Shown here piece after piece: positions 49,270-59,460 of a DNA stretch of 64,000 nucleotides. Location: assembly GCF_048263065.1 (NCBI RefSeq), contig NZ_JBLXEM010000003.1, positions 239,678 to 303,677 on the forward strand, read 5' to 3'. Both the position numbers and the translations under genes were made by a program. The stretch is from Thioclava sp. (GTDB lineage Bacteria; Pseudomonadota; Alphaproteobacteria; Rhodobacterales; Rhodobacteraceae). The notes under the pieces were generated by a model. That model did not search any database and was not told the origin of the DNA. It saw nothing but the letters and a program-made list of their open reading frames with translations. Numbering within the stretch: position 1 is the first letter of the stretch; each line of letters begins with the position of its first letter.

Positions 49270-50565
49270 TTAGCGCTTGGACACGTCCACGTAATCGCGC
49301 ATCGTCGCGCCGGTATAAAGCTGACGCGGGCGACCGATTTTGTTGGTCGGATCCTCGATCATCTCTTTCCACTGCGAAATCCAGCCCACGGTGCGCGAGA
49401 GCGCAAAGATCGGGGTGAACATCGAGGTCGGGAATCCCATCGCCTCTAGGATGATGCCGGAATAGAAATCGACGTTCGGATACAGCTTTTTGTCGACGAA
49501 ATAGGGATCTTCCAGCGCGATGCGTTCCAGTTCTTTGGCGACCTGAAGCGTCTCGTTGTTATGCACGCCCAGCAGGTCCAGCACCTCATCGGCGCTTTCC
49601 TTCATTACCTTGGCGCGCGGATCGAAGTTTTTGTAAACGCGGTGACCAAAGCCCATCAGGCGGAAGGGATCATTCTTATCCTTGGCGCGCGCGATATATT
49701 CCGGGATCTTGTCCACGGTGCCGATTTCGCGCAGCATTTCCAGACAGGCTTGGTTCGCGCCGCCATGTGCCGGGCCCCACAAACAGGCGATACCGGCGGC
49801 GATACACGCGAACGGGTTGGCCCCCGACGAGCCGGCCAGACGCACGGTCGAGGTCGAGGCGTTCTGCTCGTGATCGGCATGCAGCGTAAAGATCCGGTCC
49901 ATTGCCTTGGCCAGCGCCGGTTCAACCTTGTAAGGCTCGGCAGGCACCGAGAAACACATGTTGAGGAAGTTCTCGGCATAGCCCAGATCGTTGCGCGGAT
50001 AAACGAAGGGCTGGCCGATCGAATATTTATACGCCATCGCGGCAATCGTGGGCAGCTTTGCGATCAGGCGCATCGAGGCGACTTCGCGCTGCCACGGATC
50101 GTTGATATCAAGGCTGTCATGGTAAAACGCCGACATCGCGCCAACCACGCCCACCATCGTCGCCATCGGGTGGCTGTCACGACGGAACCCACGGAAGAAA
50201 TTGTGCATCTGCTCATGCACCATCGTGTGGCGCGTGATGCGATATTCGAAATCTTCCAGCTCGGTTTTGCTCGGCAATTCGCCGTTCAGCAGTAGGTAGC
50301 ATACCTCGAGGTAGTGCGATTCGTTGGCCAGTTGATCAATCGGGTAGCCGCGATACAGCAGCTCGCCCTTGTCACCGTCGATAAAGGTAATCGAGCTTTC
50401 GCAAGATGCCGTGGAGGTAAAGCCGGGATCATAGGTGAACACGTCAGCCTGCGCATACAGCTTGCGAATGTCGACCACGTCGGGGCCGGCAGAGGGCGAC
50501 AGCACCGGCAGCTCATAGGTTTTTCCATCAAGCGTCAGCGTGGCGGTCTTGGAGGTCTCAGCCAT
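49270..50565 (-). CDS. gltA: citrate synthase (type II)
   Basis: 431 aa with [13 protein letters not shown] and ...[15 protein letters not shown]... Confidence 0.97.
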   Translation of the reverse strand: MAETSKTATLTLDGKTYELPVLSPSAGPDVVDIRKLYAQADVFTYDPGFTSTASCESSITFIDGDKGELLYRGYPIDQLANESHYLEVCYLLLNGELPSKTELEDFEYRITRHTMVHEQMHNFFRGFRRDSHPMATMVGVVGAMSAFYHDSLDINDPWQREVASMRLIAKLPTIAAMAYKYSIGQPFVYPRNDLGYAENFLNMCFSVPAEPYKVEPALAKAMDRIFTLHADHEQNASTSTVRLAGSSGANPFACIAAGIACLWGPAHGGANQACLEMLREIGTVDKIPEYIARAKDKNDPFRLMGFGHRVYKNFDPRAKVMKESADEVLDLLGVHNNETLQVAKELERIALEDPYFVDKKLYPNVDFYSGIILEAMGFPTSMFTPIFALSRTVGWISQWKEMIEDPTNKIGRPRQLYTGATMRDYVDVSKR

Positions 50566-50645
50566 GAATATTCCCTTTCAATCGTCCGGCTGGGCCGCGC
50601 CGGTTGGTGACGTCCGGGGTCGGTCCCGGAAAGGGCGGCCAGGCC

Positions 50646-52061
50646 TCAGGCCGCCTTGTCGCTCAATCTCGCCAAGGTTTCCTCTTGGCCAAGAACAAGC
50701 ATCATCTCGAAAACGCTGGGGGTGGCGGCGCGTCCGGCAAGGGCTGCGCGCATCGGGGCTGCAACCTTTCCAAGTCCAAGCCCATGAGCGCTGGCGACTT
50801 CTCCAACGGCTGCCTCCAGTTCTTCCCGCGTCCAATTAGCGCGTTGCAGCACAAAGGTCAATTCTTTCAGTATACCACGGGATACATCGTCAAGCGCCTT
50901 AGCGGCTTTTTCCTCAACTTCGATTGGGCGGTTTGTCAATGAAAAGTGCGCTTTTTCAATAACCTGCTCTAAAGTTTTGGCGCTGACCTTCACGAAAGGG
51001 AGTGCCAAGAGCAACGATTGACGTTGAGTTTCCGTGAGGGGATTTTTTTCTGCAGCTGCGAGATAGCCCTCAATTTCGCCTAGCAATTGGGCATCTTCAG
51101 TGATCGCGATATGTTGACCACAGATATTCTCGAGTTTCTTGAAATCGAGACGCGCGGGCGACTTGCCGATACCGTCCAGTTCAAACCAGTCCTTCGCCTG
51201 TGCATCGGTAAAAAATTCGTCATCGCCATGGCTCCACCCCAGCCGTGTCAGGTAGTTGCGCATCCCCGAGGCCGGATAGCCCATCGCCTGATATTGCTCG
51301 AGCCCAACCGCGCCGTGGCGCTTGGACAGTTTCTTGCCATCGGGGCCGTGGATCAGCGGAATATGGGCAAAGACCGGAACGTCCCAACCCATCGCCTGAT
51401 AGACCTGAATCTGGCGTGCGGCATTGGTCAGGTGGTCATCGCCGCGTATCACATGGGTCACGCCCATATCGTGGTCATCCACGACAACCGCGAGCATATA
51501 AGTGGGTGTACCATCGGATCGTAAACAAATCATGTCATCCAGTTGGTCGTTGCGGATCGTCACATCGCCTTGCACTGCATCCTTGATCACCGTCGCGCCC
51601 TCGCGTGGGGCCTTGAGGCGGATCACGAAAGGCGCATCGGGGTAGGTGGCGGGATCAGCGTCGCGCCACGGGCTTTGAAACAGCGTGGATTTGCCCTCGG
51701 CGCGCGCGGCTTCGCGAAACGCAGCGATTTCTTCCTGGCTGGCAAAGCACTTATAGGCGCGACCAGAAGCAAGCATCTCATGGGCGACCTCGGCATGGCG
51801 CGCAGCCCCGGCGGCTTGACTGACGACCTCACCGTCGAAATCCAGTCCCAGCCAATCAAGCCCTTGCAAGATCGCAGCCGTCGCCTCGGGGGTCGAGCGC
51901 GCGTGATCGGTGTCCTCTATCCGCAGCAAGAATTTCCCGCCATGGCCGCGTGCAAACAGCCAGTTAAACAGGGCCGTGCGCGCGCCACCGATATGCAGGT
52001 AACCGGTGGGCGAAGGGGCGAAACGGGTGACGATTTTCTTGGTCACGGGCTGCTGCGACAT
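50646..52061 (-). CDS. gltX: glutamate--tRNA ligase
   Basis: 471 aa from ATG 52061. [15 protein letters not shown] is the HIGH motif and KLSKRHG is the KMSKS motif. Confidence 0.95.
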   Translation of the reverse strand: MSQQPVTKKIVTRFAPSPTGYLHIGGARTALFNWLFARGHGGKFLLRIEDTDHARSTPEATAAILQGLDWLGLDFDGEVVSQAAGAARHAEVAHEMLASGRAYKCFASQEEIAAFREAARAEGKSTLFQSPWRDADPATYPDAPFVIRLKAPREGATVIKDAVQGDVTIRNDQLDDMICLRSDGTPTYMLAVVVDDHDMGVTHVIRGDDHLTNAARQIQVYQAMGWDVPVFAHIPLIHGPDGKKLSKRHGAVGLEQYQAMGYPASGMRNYLTRLGWSHGDDEFFTDAQAKDWFELDGIGKSPARLDFKKLENICGQHIAITEDAQLLGEIEGYLAAAEKNPLTETQRQSLLLALPFVKVSAKTLEQVIEKAHFSLTNRPIEVEEKAAKALDDVSRGILKELTFVLQRANWTREELEAAVGEVASAHGLGLGKVAAPMRAALAGRAATPSVFEMMLVLGQEETLARLSDKAA

Positions 52062-52172
52062 CTGGGGCCTTTCTACCGCGCGGGTTTGAGCGCGCGTTAA
52101 TCTTTTGGAAACCATAAAGCGCTTAGGCTTTCTCGGTTGGATGCATAAGCAGGGACGGGGCGCAAGACAAGC

Positions 52173-54287
52173 GTGGCTTGGCAAGGGATCGGATCGCGCC
52201 CGCGTGAGGGTGCACCACTGGGGCCGCGCGCGCGTCGCGTTCTGGGCTTGCTGTGGCATGCTGTTTTCGCCGGATTGGAAAACCCCGCGCTGGCGCTGAC
52301 GCGGGCAAGGGCGAAGCTGTTTCTCTGGATGCCCGTGGCTTTGTCGCTGGGCATCGGGGCGTATTTTTCTACGCCCTCAGAACCGAGCGTGCCGCTTTAT
52401 GCCTGCGTCGGGATAGCCGGGCCGCTTTCTTTATGGGTCTGGCTGCGCGGTGCGGAATGGGCGCGCTTTCCTGCCGCGATTCTTGTGCTGGCCTGCGCGG
52501 GGTTCGTGCTGGCGGGCTGGCGGGCGCAGTCCGTTGCGGCGCCAGTGTTACCCTATCGCTATTACGGGCCCGTCGAGGGGCGGGTGATCGGGATTGATCG
52601 CGCGGCCTCTGACAAGCTGCGCATCACGCTCGATCAGGTGCGCATTGACGCGCGCATCCAGCCCAAACGCGTGCGAATTGCGCTGGGCGATATGGGCGAT
52701 GGCGATGTGCCCCCGCCCGGCAGTTTCGTGATGACCACCGCGCATCTGATGCCCCCGCCGCCGCCCGCCGCGCCGGATGCCTATGATTTTCGCCGCGCCG
52801 CTTGGTTTAACGGGTTGGGCGCGATCGGCTATACCAGCGTGCCGGTGATGCGCTTTGCCCCGCCCGCCCGTCGCGATCTGGGCCTCAGCGCGCATCGCGC
52901 CCGACGGACCTTGTCACAGGCGATTCAGGCGCGCATTTCGGGTCAATCGGGCGCGATGGCGGCGGCGATCCTGACGGGCGATCGCTCAGGGCTCAGCGAG
53001 GCCACGCGAGAGGATATGCGCCGCTCCAACCTTGCGCATCTGATCGCGATTTCGGGGCTGCATATGGGGCTGCTTGCGGGCTTCGTTTTTGCATTGGTGC
53101 GCTATGGGTTGGCGCTATGGGGCAATCGCGCGCTAGTCTGGCCGGCCAAAAAGATCGCCGCGATCGTCGCGCTGCTGGCGGCAACCGGGTATCTCTGGCT
53201 GTCGGGGGCCGCTGTGTCGACACAACGCGCGTGGATCATGGTGACGGTAATGCTGCTGGCGGTACTGATCGACCGACGCGCCCTCAGCCTGCGCACGGTG
53301 GCGTTAGCGGCGACCCTTCTGCTGATCTGGCGACCCGAAAGCCTGATTGCGCCGGGCTTCCAGATGTCTTTTGCAGCCACCACTGCGCTGATCGTCGCGC
53401 TCGGCCCGTGGGCGCGGGTCGCGCGTCGTATCCCGCGCCTTTTGCGACCGTTGGCGATGCTGATCGCGACTTCGGTGATCGCGGGGGCGGCGACCGCGCC
53501 CATCGTGGCGGCACAATTCCATCGCGTATCGGAATATGGCGTTTTCGCCAATCTTTTGGCGGTGCCTGCGATGGGGATGGTGGTGATGCCGGCTGGGGTG
53601 ATCGCGGCGATTTTGGCGCTTGTCGGGTTATCGATGCCCGCGCTCTGGGTGATGGGGCTTGGTACGCGTTGGATACTTGCCGTGGCACAGTATTTCGCAA
53701 CGATTGAGGGGGCGGTGGTGCCCGTGGTGGATCCCGGCCCATGGGTGATTCCGCTGTTGGTGCTGGGAGCACTTGGCGCGGTTCTTGCGCGCGGAGCAGG
53801 GCGAAGCGTCGCGATCCTGCTGATGGGTCTAAGCGTGTTTTTCTGGCTCAACGCTTCCGCCCGCCGCCCCGCGATTCTAATCGCGCCCGAGGGGGAGTTG
53901 GTCGGGTTGATGACCCCGCAGGGTCGCGTACTGTCGAAATCTGCTGCAAAGTTTGTTGGGGCGCGTTGGCTTGAAGCTGATGGCGATATGACTAGCCCGC
54001 AGGAGGGCGCGAAACGCGAAGGCTTCAATGGTCCGAACTCCGCGCGCGTGGCGGAAATTGCAGGGCGCAAACTGATCCATCTGAGCGGAAAGAGCGCGCA
54101 ATCCAATCTCGCCTTGCTGTGCCACGACAATGCGCTGATCGTGACCAACGCACGGGTAAAAACTGTGCCCGCCGGCTGCGATCTCTGGGATCAGACGCGC
54201 CTAAAACGCACCGGCGCCGTGGTGCTGGACGGGCAGGGCCACCTCCGGTCACAAGCCCGTCCCGGCCCACGATTGTGGAACCGCTAG
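52173..54287 (+). CDS. comEC: ComEC/Rec2 family DNA internalisation-related membrane protein
   Basis: Polytopic membrane protein (...[17 protein letters not shown]..., ...[18 protein letters not shown]...). The start is uncertain: GTG 52173 is taken from the ORF track. Confidence 0.8.
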   Translation: MAWQGIGSRPREGAPLGPRARRVLGLLWHAVFAGLENPALALTRARAKLFLWMPVALSLGIGAYFSTPSEPSVPLYACVGIAGPLSLWVWLRGAEWARFPAAILVLACAGFVLAGWRAQSVAAPVLPYRYYGPVEGRVIGIDRAASDKLRITLDQVRIDARIQPKRVRIALGDMGDGDVPPPGSFVMTTAHLMPPPPPAAPDAYDFRRAAWFNGLGAIGYTSVPVMRFAPPARRDLGLSAHRARRTLSQAIQARISGQSGAMAAAILTGDRSGLSEATREDMRRSNLAHLIAISGLHMGLLAGFVFALVRYGLALWGNRALVWPAKKIAAIVALLAATGYLWLSGAAVSTQRAWIMVTVMLLAVLIDRRALSLRTVALAATLLLIWRPESLIAPGFQMSFAATTALIVALGPWARVARRIPRLLRPLAMLIATSVIAGAATAPIVAAQFHRVSEYGVFANLLAVPAMGMVVMPAGVIAAILALVGLSMPALWVMGLGTRWILAVAQYFATIEGAVVPVVDPGPWVIPLLVLGALGAVLARGAGRSVAILLMGLSVFFWLNASARRPAILIAPEGELVGLMTPQGRVLSKSAAKFVGARWLEADGDMTSPQEGAKREGFNGPNSARVAEIAGRKLIHLSGKSAQSNLALLCHDNALIVTNARVKTVPAGCDLWDQTRLKRTGAVVLDGQGHLRSQARPGPRLWNR

Positions 54288-54361
54288 TTTTCATCTAGCC
54301 AAAAATACTCATCTCGCGTCGTCCCCCACGAACGCACCACCGATCAAGGGGTGCCAGACGC

Positions 54362-54388
54362 AAAAAAGGGCGCCCCGCAAGACGCCCC
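54362..54388 (-). terminator. Rho-independent terminator after lexA
   Basis: The minus strand reads GGGGCGTCTTGCGGGGCGCCC followed by TTTTTT, 24 nt after the lexA stop. Confidence 0.75.
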
Positions 54389-54411
54389 GTTATTTCGCAT
54401 GTTAGAGCCAT

Positions 54412-55113
54412 TCAATAGCTGCGGATCAACCCAACAAGCCGCCCTTGAACCTTGACCTGATCGTCGCGCAACAGGCGCGTTTCATAGGCCGGGTTGGCGG
54501 CCTCGAGCGCGATCATGCCATTGCGGCGATAGAACCGCTTGAGCGTGGCCTCATGCCCCTCAACCAGTGCCACCACGATATCGCCGTTCTCTGCCGTGCC
54601 GGTCTCGCGGATCACCACGATATCGCCATCGTTGATCCCGGCCTCGATCATCGAATCGCCCTTAACCTCAAGCGCGTAGTGATCGCCACGCCCCGACACC
54701 ATCGCACCGGGCACAGCTACGTGATGGGAGACTTCCGAGATCGCCTCGATCGGGACACCGGCGGCAATGCGGCCCATCACCGGCAATTCCAGCGCATGCA
54801 CCGCCTCAACCGGCATCGCATTGCGCGGCGGATCAACCTTATCCCCCGCAATCACTTTAGGGCTAAAGCCAGAGGGCGCGCCGAATTTCTTTTCCAATAC
54901 TTCGGGCAGCTTTACGATTTCGATCGCACGCGCACGATGGGCCAGACGCCGGATAAACCCGCGTTCCTCAAGCGCCGTAATCAAACGGTGAATGCCCGAT
55001 TTGGAGCGCAAATCCAGTGCGTCTTTCATCTCGTCGAACGAAGGCGGAACCCCGTCGCGGGTCATCCGTTTCTGAATAAATTCGAGCAGTTCCAACTGTT
55101 TACGCGTCAGCAT
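54412..55113 (-). CDS. lexA: SOS repressor LexA
   Basis: 233 aa with an N-terminal wHTH ([14 protein letters not shown]...) and an S24 peptidase domain ([22 protein letters not shown]...[14 protein letters not shown]). Confidence 0.95.
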   Translation of the reverse strand: MLTRKQLELLEFIQKRMTRDGVPPSFDEMKDALDLRSKSGIHRLITALEERGFIRRLAHRARAIEIVKLPEVLEKKFGAPSGFSPKVIAGDKVDPPRNAMPVEAVHALELPVMGRIAAGVPIEAISEVSHHVAVPGAMVSGRGDHYALEVKGDSMIEAGINDGDIVVIRETGTAENGDIVVALVEGHEATLKRFYRRNGMIALEAANPAYETRLLRDDQVKVQGRLVGLIRSY

Positions 55114-55144
55114 TCAAATCCCTCCGTCGTGACTTTCGTCAGGC

Positions 55145-55170
55145 GTTCGGGTTATGTTCTAGACTCGTTC
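55145..55170 (-). promoter_or_regulatory. two overlapping alphaproteobacterial SOS boxes (GTTC-N7-GTTC-N7-GTTC) in the lexA promoter
   Basis: GTTCGGGTTATGTTCTAGACTCGTTC lies 32-57 nt upstream of the lexA ATG. It matches the GTTCN7GTTC LexA operator described for Rhodobacter/Rhizobium. Confidence 0.8.
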
Positions 55171-55203
55171 TTGCCTATTGTCAACGCTCTCGCCACATCA
55201 AGC

Positions 55204-56388
55204 TTAATCGAGGCGCAGGATATCGACGCGTGCGCCGGCCTGACGCGCGCCATCATCCTTGGGCCGGATCAGCAGGCAATCGGCGGTGGCAAGCACCCCC
55301 AGAACCGAAGAATCCTGAGCCGCGAAGGGCGTCACGCGGGGTAGCGGATCGCCGGGGCTCAGCGTGGCGCGCATGTAATGGGTGCGCGCGCCAGTGGGGG
55401 CAACATCAACTGCCAACTCGGCGGATTCGATGCACGGGGCAGGGTCAAGCCCCTGCAATTTCGCCAGCATCGGGCGCAGGAACAGCTCGGCGCAGACGGT
55501 GGCCGATACCGGGTTTCCCGGCAGGCCCAGCATTGCCGCGTTGCCCATCTTACCTGCCATAAGCGGCTTGCCCGGACGCATCGCGATCTTCCAGAAGGCG
55601 CGCTCCAGCCCCAGTTCGCCCGCGACCTCGCCCACTAGATCATGCGCGCCAACCGAGGCACCGCCAGAGGTCACCACCAAATCGGCCCCCTTGGCCAGCT
55701 CGAACACCGCGCGCAAGGAGTCGCGATCATCGCGCGCGATCGGCAAGAGACGCACGCACGCGCCAGCGGACTCGGCCAACGCGGTCACGATAAAACTATT
55801 GGAGCAGATAATCTGATCGGGGCCGGGCGTTTCGCCGGGCATCACCAGCTCATCGCCTGTCGCGATCACTGCGACTTCGGGGCGGCGATAGACGCTGAGT
55901 TCCGCCACGTTCATCGAGGCCAGCAGCCCCAAATCGCGCGCACTCAGCGGGCGTTTTGGGTGAAAGCTGTCGCCGCGTTTGAAATCCTGCCCTTCGGGGC
56001 GGATATTGCCATGGGTTTCAAGGTCTTGCGCCAGCGTGATTGCGTCATCCTCGCGCGTGACATGCTCCTGCAGCACGACGACGCCATCAGGGCCGGGCAC
56101 GGGAGCACCGGTAAAGATGCGCACGGCCTGACCGGGGGACAGCGGCCCCTGATAGCTGCGCCCGGCGGCGGATTCGCCCTCGACCCGTAAGCGCGCGCCG
56201 GGGCGGTGATCGGGGGCCGCAAGCCAGTAGCCATCCATCGCCGAGGCTGAAAACGGCGGCTGAGTCAGCTGCGCCTGCGCGGGCACGGCCATCACTCGGT
56301 CACGCGCGTCGCGCAGCGCCACGGTTTCGCACCCCAGCGGGGCCACCAATGCCAGAACTTTCTCCAGCGCCTCTTCGACTGACAGCAT
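55204..56388 (-). CDS. moeA: molybdopterin molybdenumtransferase MoeA
   Basis: 394 aa with the MoeA fold signature (...LVVTSGGASVGAHD...). Confidence 0.9.
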   Translation of the reverse strand: MLSVEEALEKVLALVAPLGCETVALRDARDRVMAVPAQAQLTQPPFSASAMDGYWLAAPDHRPGARLRVEGESAAGRSYQGPLSPGQAVRIFTGAPVPGPDGVVVLQEHVTREDDAITLAQDLETHGNIRPEGQDFKRGDSFHPKRPLSARDLGLLASMNVAELSVYRRPEVAVIATGDELVMPGETPGPDQIICSNSFIVTALAESAGACVRLLPIARDDRDSLRAVFELAKGADLVVTSGGASVGAHDLVGEVAGELGLERAFWKIAMRPGKPLMAGKMGNAAMLGLPGNPVSATVCAELFLRPMLAKLQGLDPAPCIESAELAVDVAPTGARTHYMRATLSPGDPLPRVTPFAAQDSSVLGVLATADCLLIRPKDDGARQAGARVDILRLD

Positions 56389-56391
56389 AAG

Positions 56392-56862
56392 CTAGGCCTC
56401 GTATCGTCCGGATTTCCCACCATCTTTAAGCACGACGCGGATGCCTTCGATGGTCATCGATTTTTCCACCGCCTTGAGCATGTCATAGACGGTCAGCGCC
56501 GCGACAGAAACCGCGCTCAGCGCCTCCATCTCGACGCCGGTCTGACCCGAGGTCTTGACGGTGGCCGTAATTCGCACGCCGGGTAGGCCGGTATCCGACG
56601 TCAGTTCCAGCGTGACTTTGGTGATCGGCAGCGGGTGACACAGCGGGATCAGATCGGCGGTTTTCTTGGCGGCCATGATGCCCGCGATCCGCGCGATGCC
56701 CAGAACGTCGCCCTTTTTCGCGCTACCCTTCAGAACGAAATCAAGGGTTTCGGGGCGCATTTTTACGCAACCTTCGGCCACGGCGATACGGTCGGTCACG
56801 TCCTTGTCCGAGACATCCACCATATGCGCCTGTCCGGCCTCGTCGAAATGGCTCAGGCTCAT
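56392..56862 (-). CDS. moaC: cyclic pyranopterin monophosphate synthase accessory protein MoaC
   Basis: 156 aa with ...MVDVSDK...LIPLCHPL...TGVEMEAL... Confidence 0.95.
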   Translation of the reverse strand: MSLSHFDEAGQAHMVDVSDKDVTDRIAVAEGCVKMRPETLDFVLKGSAKKGDVLGIARIAGIMAAKKTADLIPLCHPLPITKVTLELTSDTGLPGVRITATVKTSGQTGVEMEALSAVSVAALTVYDMLKAVEKSMTIEGIRVVLKDGGKSGRYEA

Positions 56863-57656
56863 GCGACCTCCAGCAATTTGGCGGTGGCTGCGGCCACATC
56901 GTCTTGCCGCATCAGGCTTTCGCCAATCAGGAAGCGGCGCGCACCGACTTGCGCCATCGCGGCGAGGTCTTCGCGGGTGAAAATACCGCTTTCACAGACC
57001 AGATCGCGCCCGGCATCCAAGATCGCAGGGGCCAGTTCGCGGGTGACATCCAGCGTGACCTCGAAGGTCTTGAGATTGCGGTTGTTCACGCCCAGCAGCG
57101 GCGATTTCAGATGGGTGAGAGCGCGCTCCAGTTCCTCGACGTCATGCACCTCGATCAGCACATCCATGCCCCAGCCCATTGCGGCATTTTCCAGTTCGAC
57201 CGCCAGCGTATCTTCGACCGAGGCCATGATAATCAAGATGCAGTCGGCTCCCCAAGCGCGCGCCTCGGCGACCTGATAGGTGTCATACAGAAAATCCTTG
57301 CGCAACGTGGGCAGGGCGCAGGCGGCGCGGGCGGCGCGCAGGAACTCGGGCGCGCCCTGAAATGAGGGCGTATCGGTCAGCACCGACAAGCAGGCCGCGC
57401 CGCCTGCCTGATAGGCTTGCGCCAGCGCGGGCGGGTCGAAATCGGGGCGAATCAAGCCCTTGGAGGGCGAGGCTTTCTTGATTTCCGCGATCAGCCCGTA
57501 GCCGTCAGCCGCCTTGGCACTCAGCGCCTTGGCAAAGCCGCGCGTGGGCGATTGAGCGCGTGCCTCGGCCTCAATGTTGCCAAGCGGGCGGGCGGTTTTG
57601 GCAGCGGCAATTTCATCAAGCTTATAGGCCTTGATCTTGTCGAGGATCGTGCTCAT
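56859..57656 (-). CDS. trpC: indole-3-glycerol phosphate synthase
   Basis: 265 aa with ...[12 protein letters not shown]...LRKDF...VGVNNRNL... Confidence 0.95.
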   Translation of the reverse strand: MSTILDKIKAYKLDEIAAAKTARPLGNIEAEARAQSPTRGFAKALSAKAADGYGLIAEIKKASPSKGLIRPDFDPPALAQAYQAGGAACLSVLTDTPSFQGAPEFLRAARAACALPTLRKDFLYDTYQVAEARAWGADCILIIMASVEDTLAVELENAAMGWGMDVLIEVHDVEELERALTHLKSPLLGVNNRNLKTFEVTLDVTRELAPAILDAGRDLVCESGIFTREDLAAMAQVGARRFLIGESLMRQDDVAAATAKLLEVA

Positions 57657-58675
57657 GCGCTGACCTCTTGCGTGATGCGCGCCAGCGTTTCCAGCGCGGT
57701 CTTGGCACGCCCGGAATCGATGCTGTGCGCGGCCATTTCGGCCCCCGATTTCAGATCGCCCACTTTGTCGGCCACCACCAGCGCGGCGGCGGCGTTCAAA
57801 ATCGTCGCATCGCGATAGGCAGACTTTTCACCCGCCAGCACCGCACGCAAGGCGGTCGCGTTTTCAGCAGGCGTGCCACCCAGCAAATCGCGGAAGGGAT
57901 GCACGGGCAGCCCCGCATCTTCGGGGTGGATCGTGCGCCCAGTCACCTTGCCATTTTCCAGCGCGGCGACCTCGGTCACGCCGGTGATCGTGATCTCATC
58001 CGTGCCATCCGAGCCATGCACAAGCCACGCCTTCTCACTGCCCAGCATTTGCAGCGTCTCGGCCATCGGCCAGATCAGATCGGGGGCAAATGCACCGGTC
58101 AACTGACGCTTGACGCCTGCCGGATTTGTCAGCGGCCCCAAGATGTTAAAGATCGTTTTGCAACCCAGTTCCAGACGCACTGGCATGACATGTTTCATCG
58201 CCGGATGATGGATTTGCGCCATCATAAAGCCGATCCCGGCCTCGGCCAAACCGCGCTCGGTGGCCGCAGGTCCGGCCATCACGTCGATTCCCAACTCGCT
58301 TTGCACATCCGCCGTGCCCGAACGCGAGCTGGCGGCGCGGTTGCCGTGTTTGGCGACCGGCACACCTGCACCCGCCACCACAAAGGCAGCAGCGGTCGAG
58401 ATATTAAGCGTGTGCATCCCGTCGCCACCCGTGCCCACGATGTCGATCGCGCCCTCGGGGGCGGTGACGGGCACACATTTGGCGCGCATCGCTGCCGCCG
58501 CAGCAGCATACTCCGACACGCTTTCGCCGCGCGCACGCATCGCCATCAGCAGGCCGCCGATCTGGGCCGGGGTGGCCTCACCGGTGAACAGCACCTCAAA
58601 CGCGGCCTCGGCCTGCGCGCGGCTGAGCGGGCCTTCGGAGGCCGCAAAAATCAGCGGTTTCATCGCATCACTCAT
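57653..58675 (-). CDS. trpD: anthranilate phosphoribosyltransferase
   Basis: 340 aa with ...DIVGTGGDG...NISTAAAFV...HGNRAASS... Confidence 0.95.
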   Translation of the reverse strand: MSDAMKPLIFAASEGPLSRAQAEAAFEVLFTGEATPAQIGGLLMAMRARGESVSEYAAAAAAMRAKCVPVTAPEGAIDIVGTGGDGMHTLNISTAAAFVVAGAGVPVAKHGNRAASSRSGTADVQSELGIDVMAGPAATERGLAEAGIGFMMAQIHHPAMKHVMPVRLELGCKTIFNILGPLTNPAGVKRQLTGAFAPDLIWPMAETLQMLGSEKAWLVHGSDGTDEITITGVTEVAALENGKVTGRTIHPEDAGLPVHPFRDLLGGTPAENATALRAVLAGEKSAYRDATILNAAAALVVADKVGDLKSGAEMAAHSIDSGRAKTALETLARITQEVSA

Positions 58676-59265
58676 GCGGGCACCTTCAGGTCAACGCCTG
58701 CCTCTGTCAGAAAATTTTTCAACATCGCATGGCCGTGTTGCGAGGCGATGGATTCGGGGTGGAACTGCACCCCCTCGATCAGCTTTTCGCGATGGCGCAG
58801 CCCCATGATCGTGCCATCGGCCAGCTCGGCGGTGATTTCTAGACAATCAGGCAGGCTTTCGCGGTCTACCACTAGCGAGTGATAGCGCGTCGCCAACAGC
58901 GGCGAGGGCAGCCCAGAAAACACGCCTTTGCCGTGATGCAGGATCTCGCCCATCTTGCCATGCACGATCTCGCTATGGCGCACGACTTGGCCGCCGAATG
59001 CCTCACCAATCGCCTGATGGCCCAGACAGACGCCCAGCAACGGCAGGTCCGCTTGGGCCGCGGCCAGCGTCAGCGGCAGGCAAATCCCCGCCTGCGCGGG
59101 ATCGCAGGGACCGGGTGATAGCACGATCGCCTCGGCCCCCATGCCCATGGCCTGCTGAACGTCCAGTGCATCGTTACGCCAGACTTGAACATCTGCGCCC
59201 AGCTCGCCGAAATAATGCACCAGATTATAGGTGAAGCTGTCATAATTATCGATGAGCAGCAGCAT
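58672..59265 (-). CDS. trpG: anthranilate synthase component II (glutamine amidotransferase; TrpG/PabA type)
   Basis: 197 aa: [18 protein letters not shown]...[10 protein letters not shown]...FHPES... Confidence 0.93.
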   Translation of the reverse strand: MLLLIDNYDSFTYNLVHYFGELGADVQVWRNDALDVQQAMGMGAEAIVLSPGPCDPAQAGICLPLTLAAAQADLPLLGVCLGHQAIGEAFGGQVVRHSEIVHGKMGEILHHGKGVFSGLPSPLLATRYHSLVVDRESLPDCLEITAELADGTIMGLRHREKLIEGVQFHPESIASQHGHAMLKNFLTEAGVDLKVPA

Positions 59266-59460
59266 GGCCGGGCCTCGCGTTTTTATGATCCTTGGCTTGC
59301 CCTTGAAAAGATGTGCGCAAATTTGCGCCTGACATCAAAAGAGGGGTGAACCGGGGAACGGGTCAGGCTATAGATGCAATTAGCAGCGGGGTAGGGTCAA
59401 GGCCTCGCGCGATATGAAGGGCGCGCAAAACGACGCGCGTGGGGCAGTGGAGGCAGGCAG

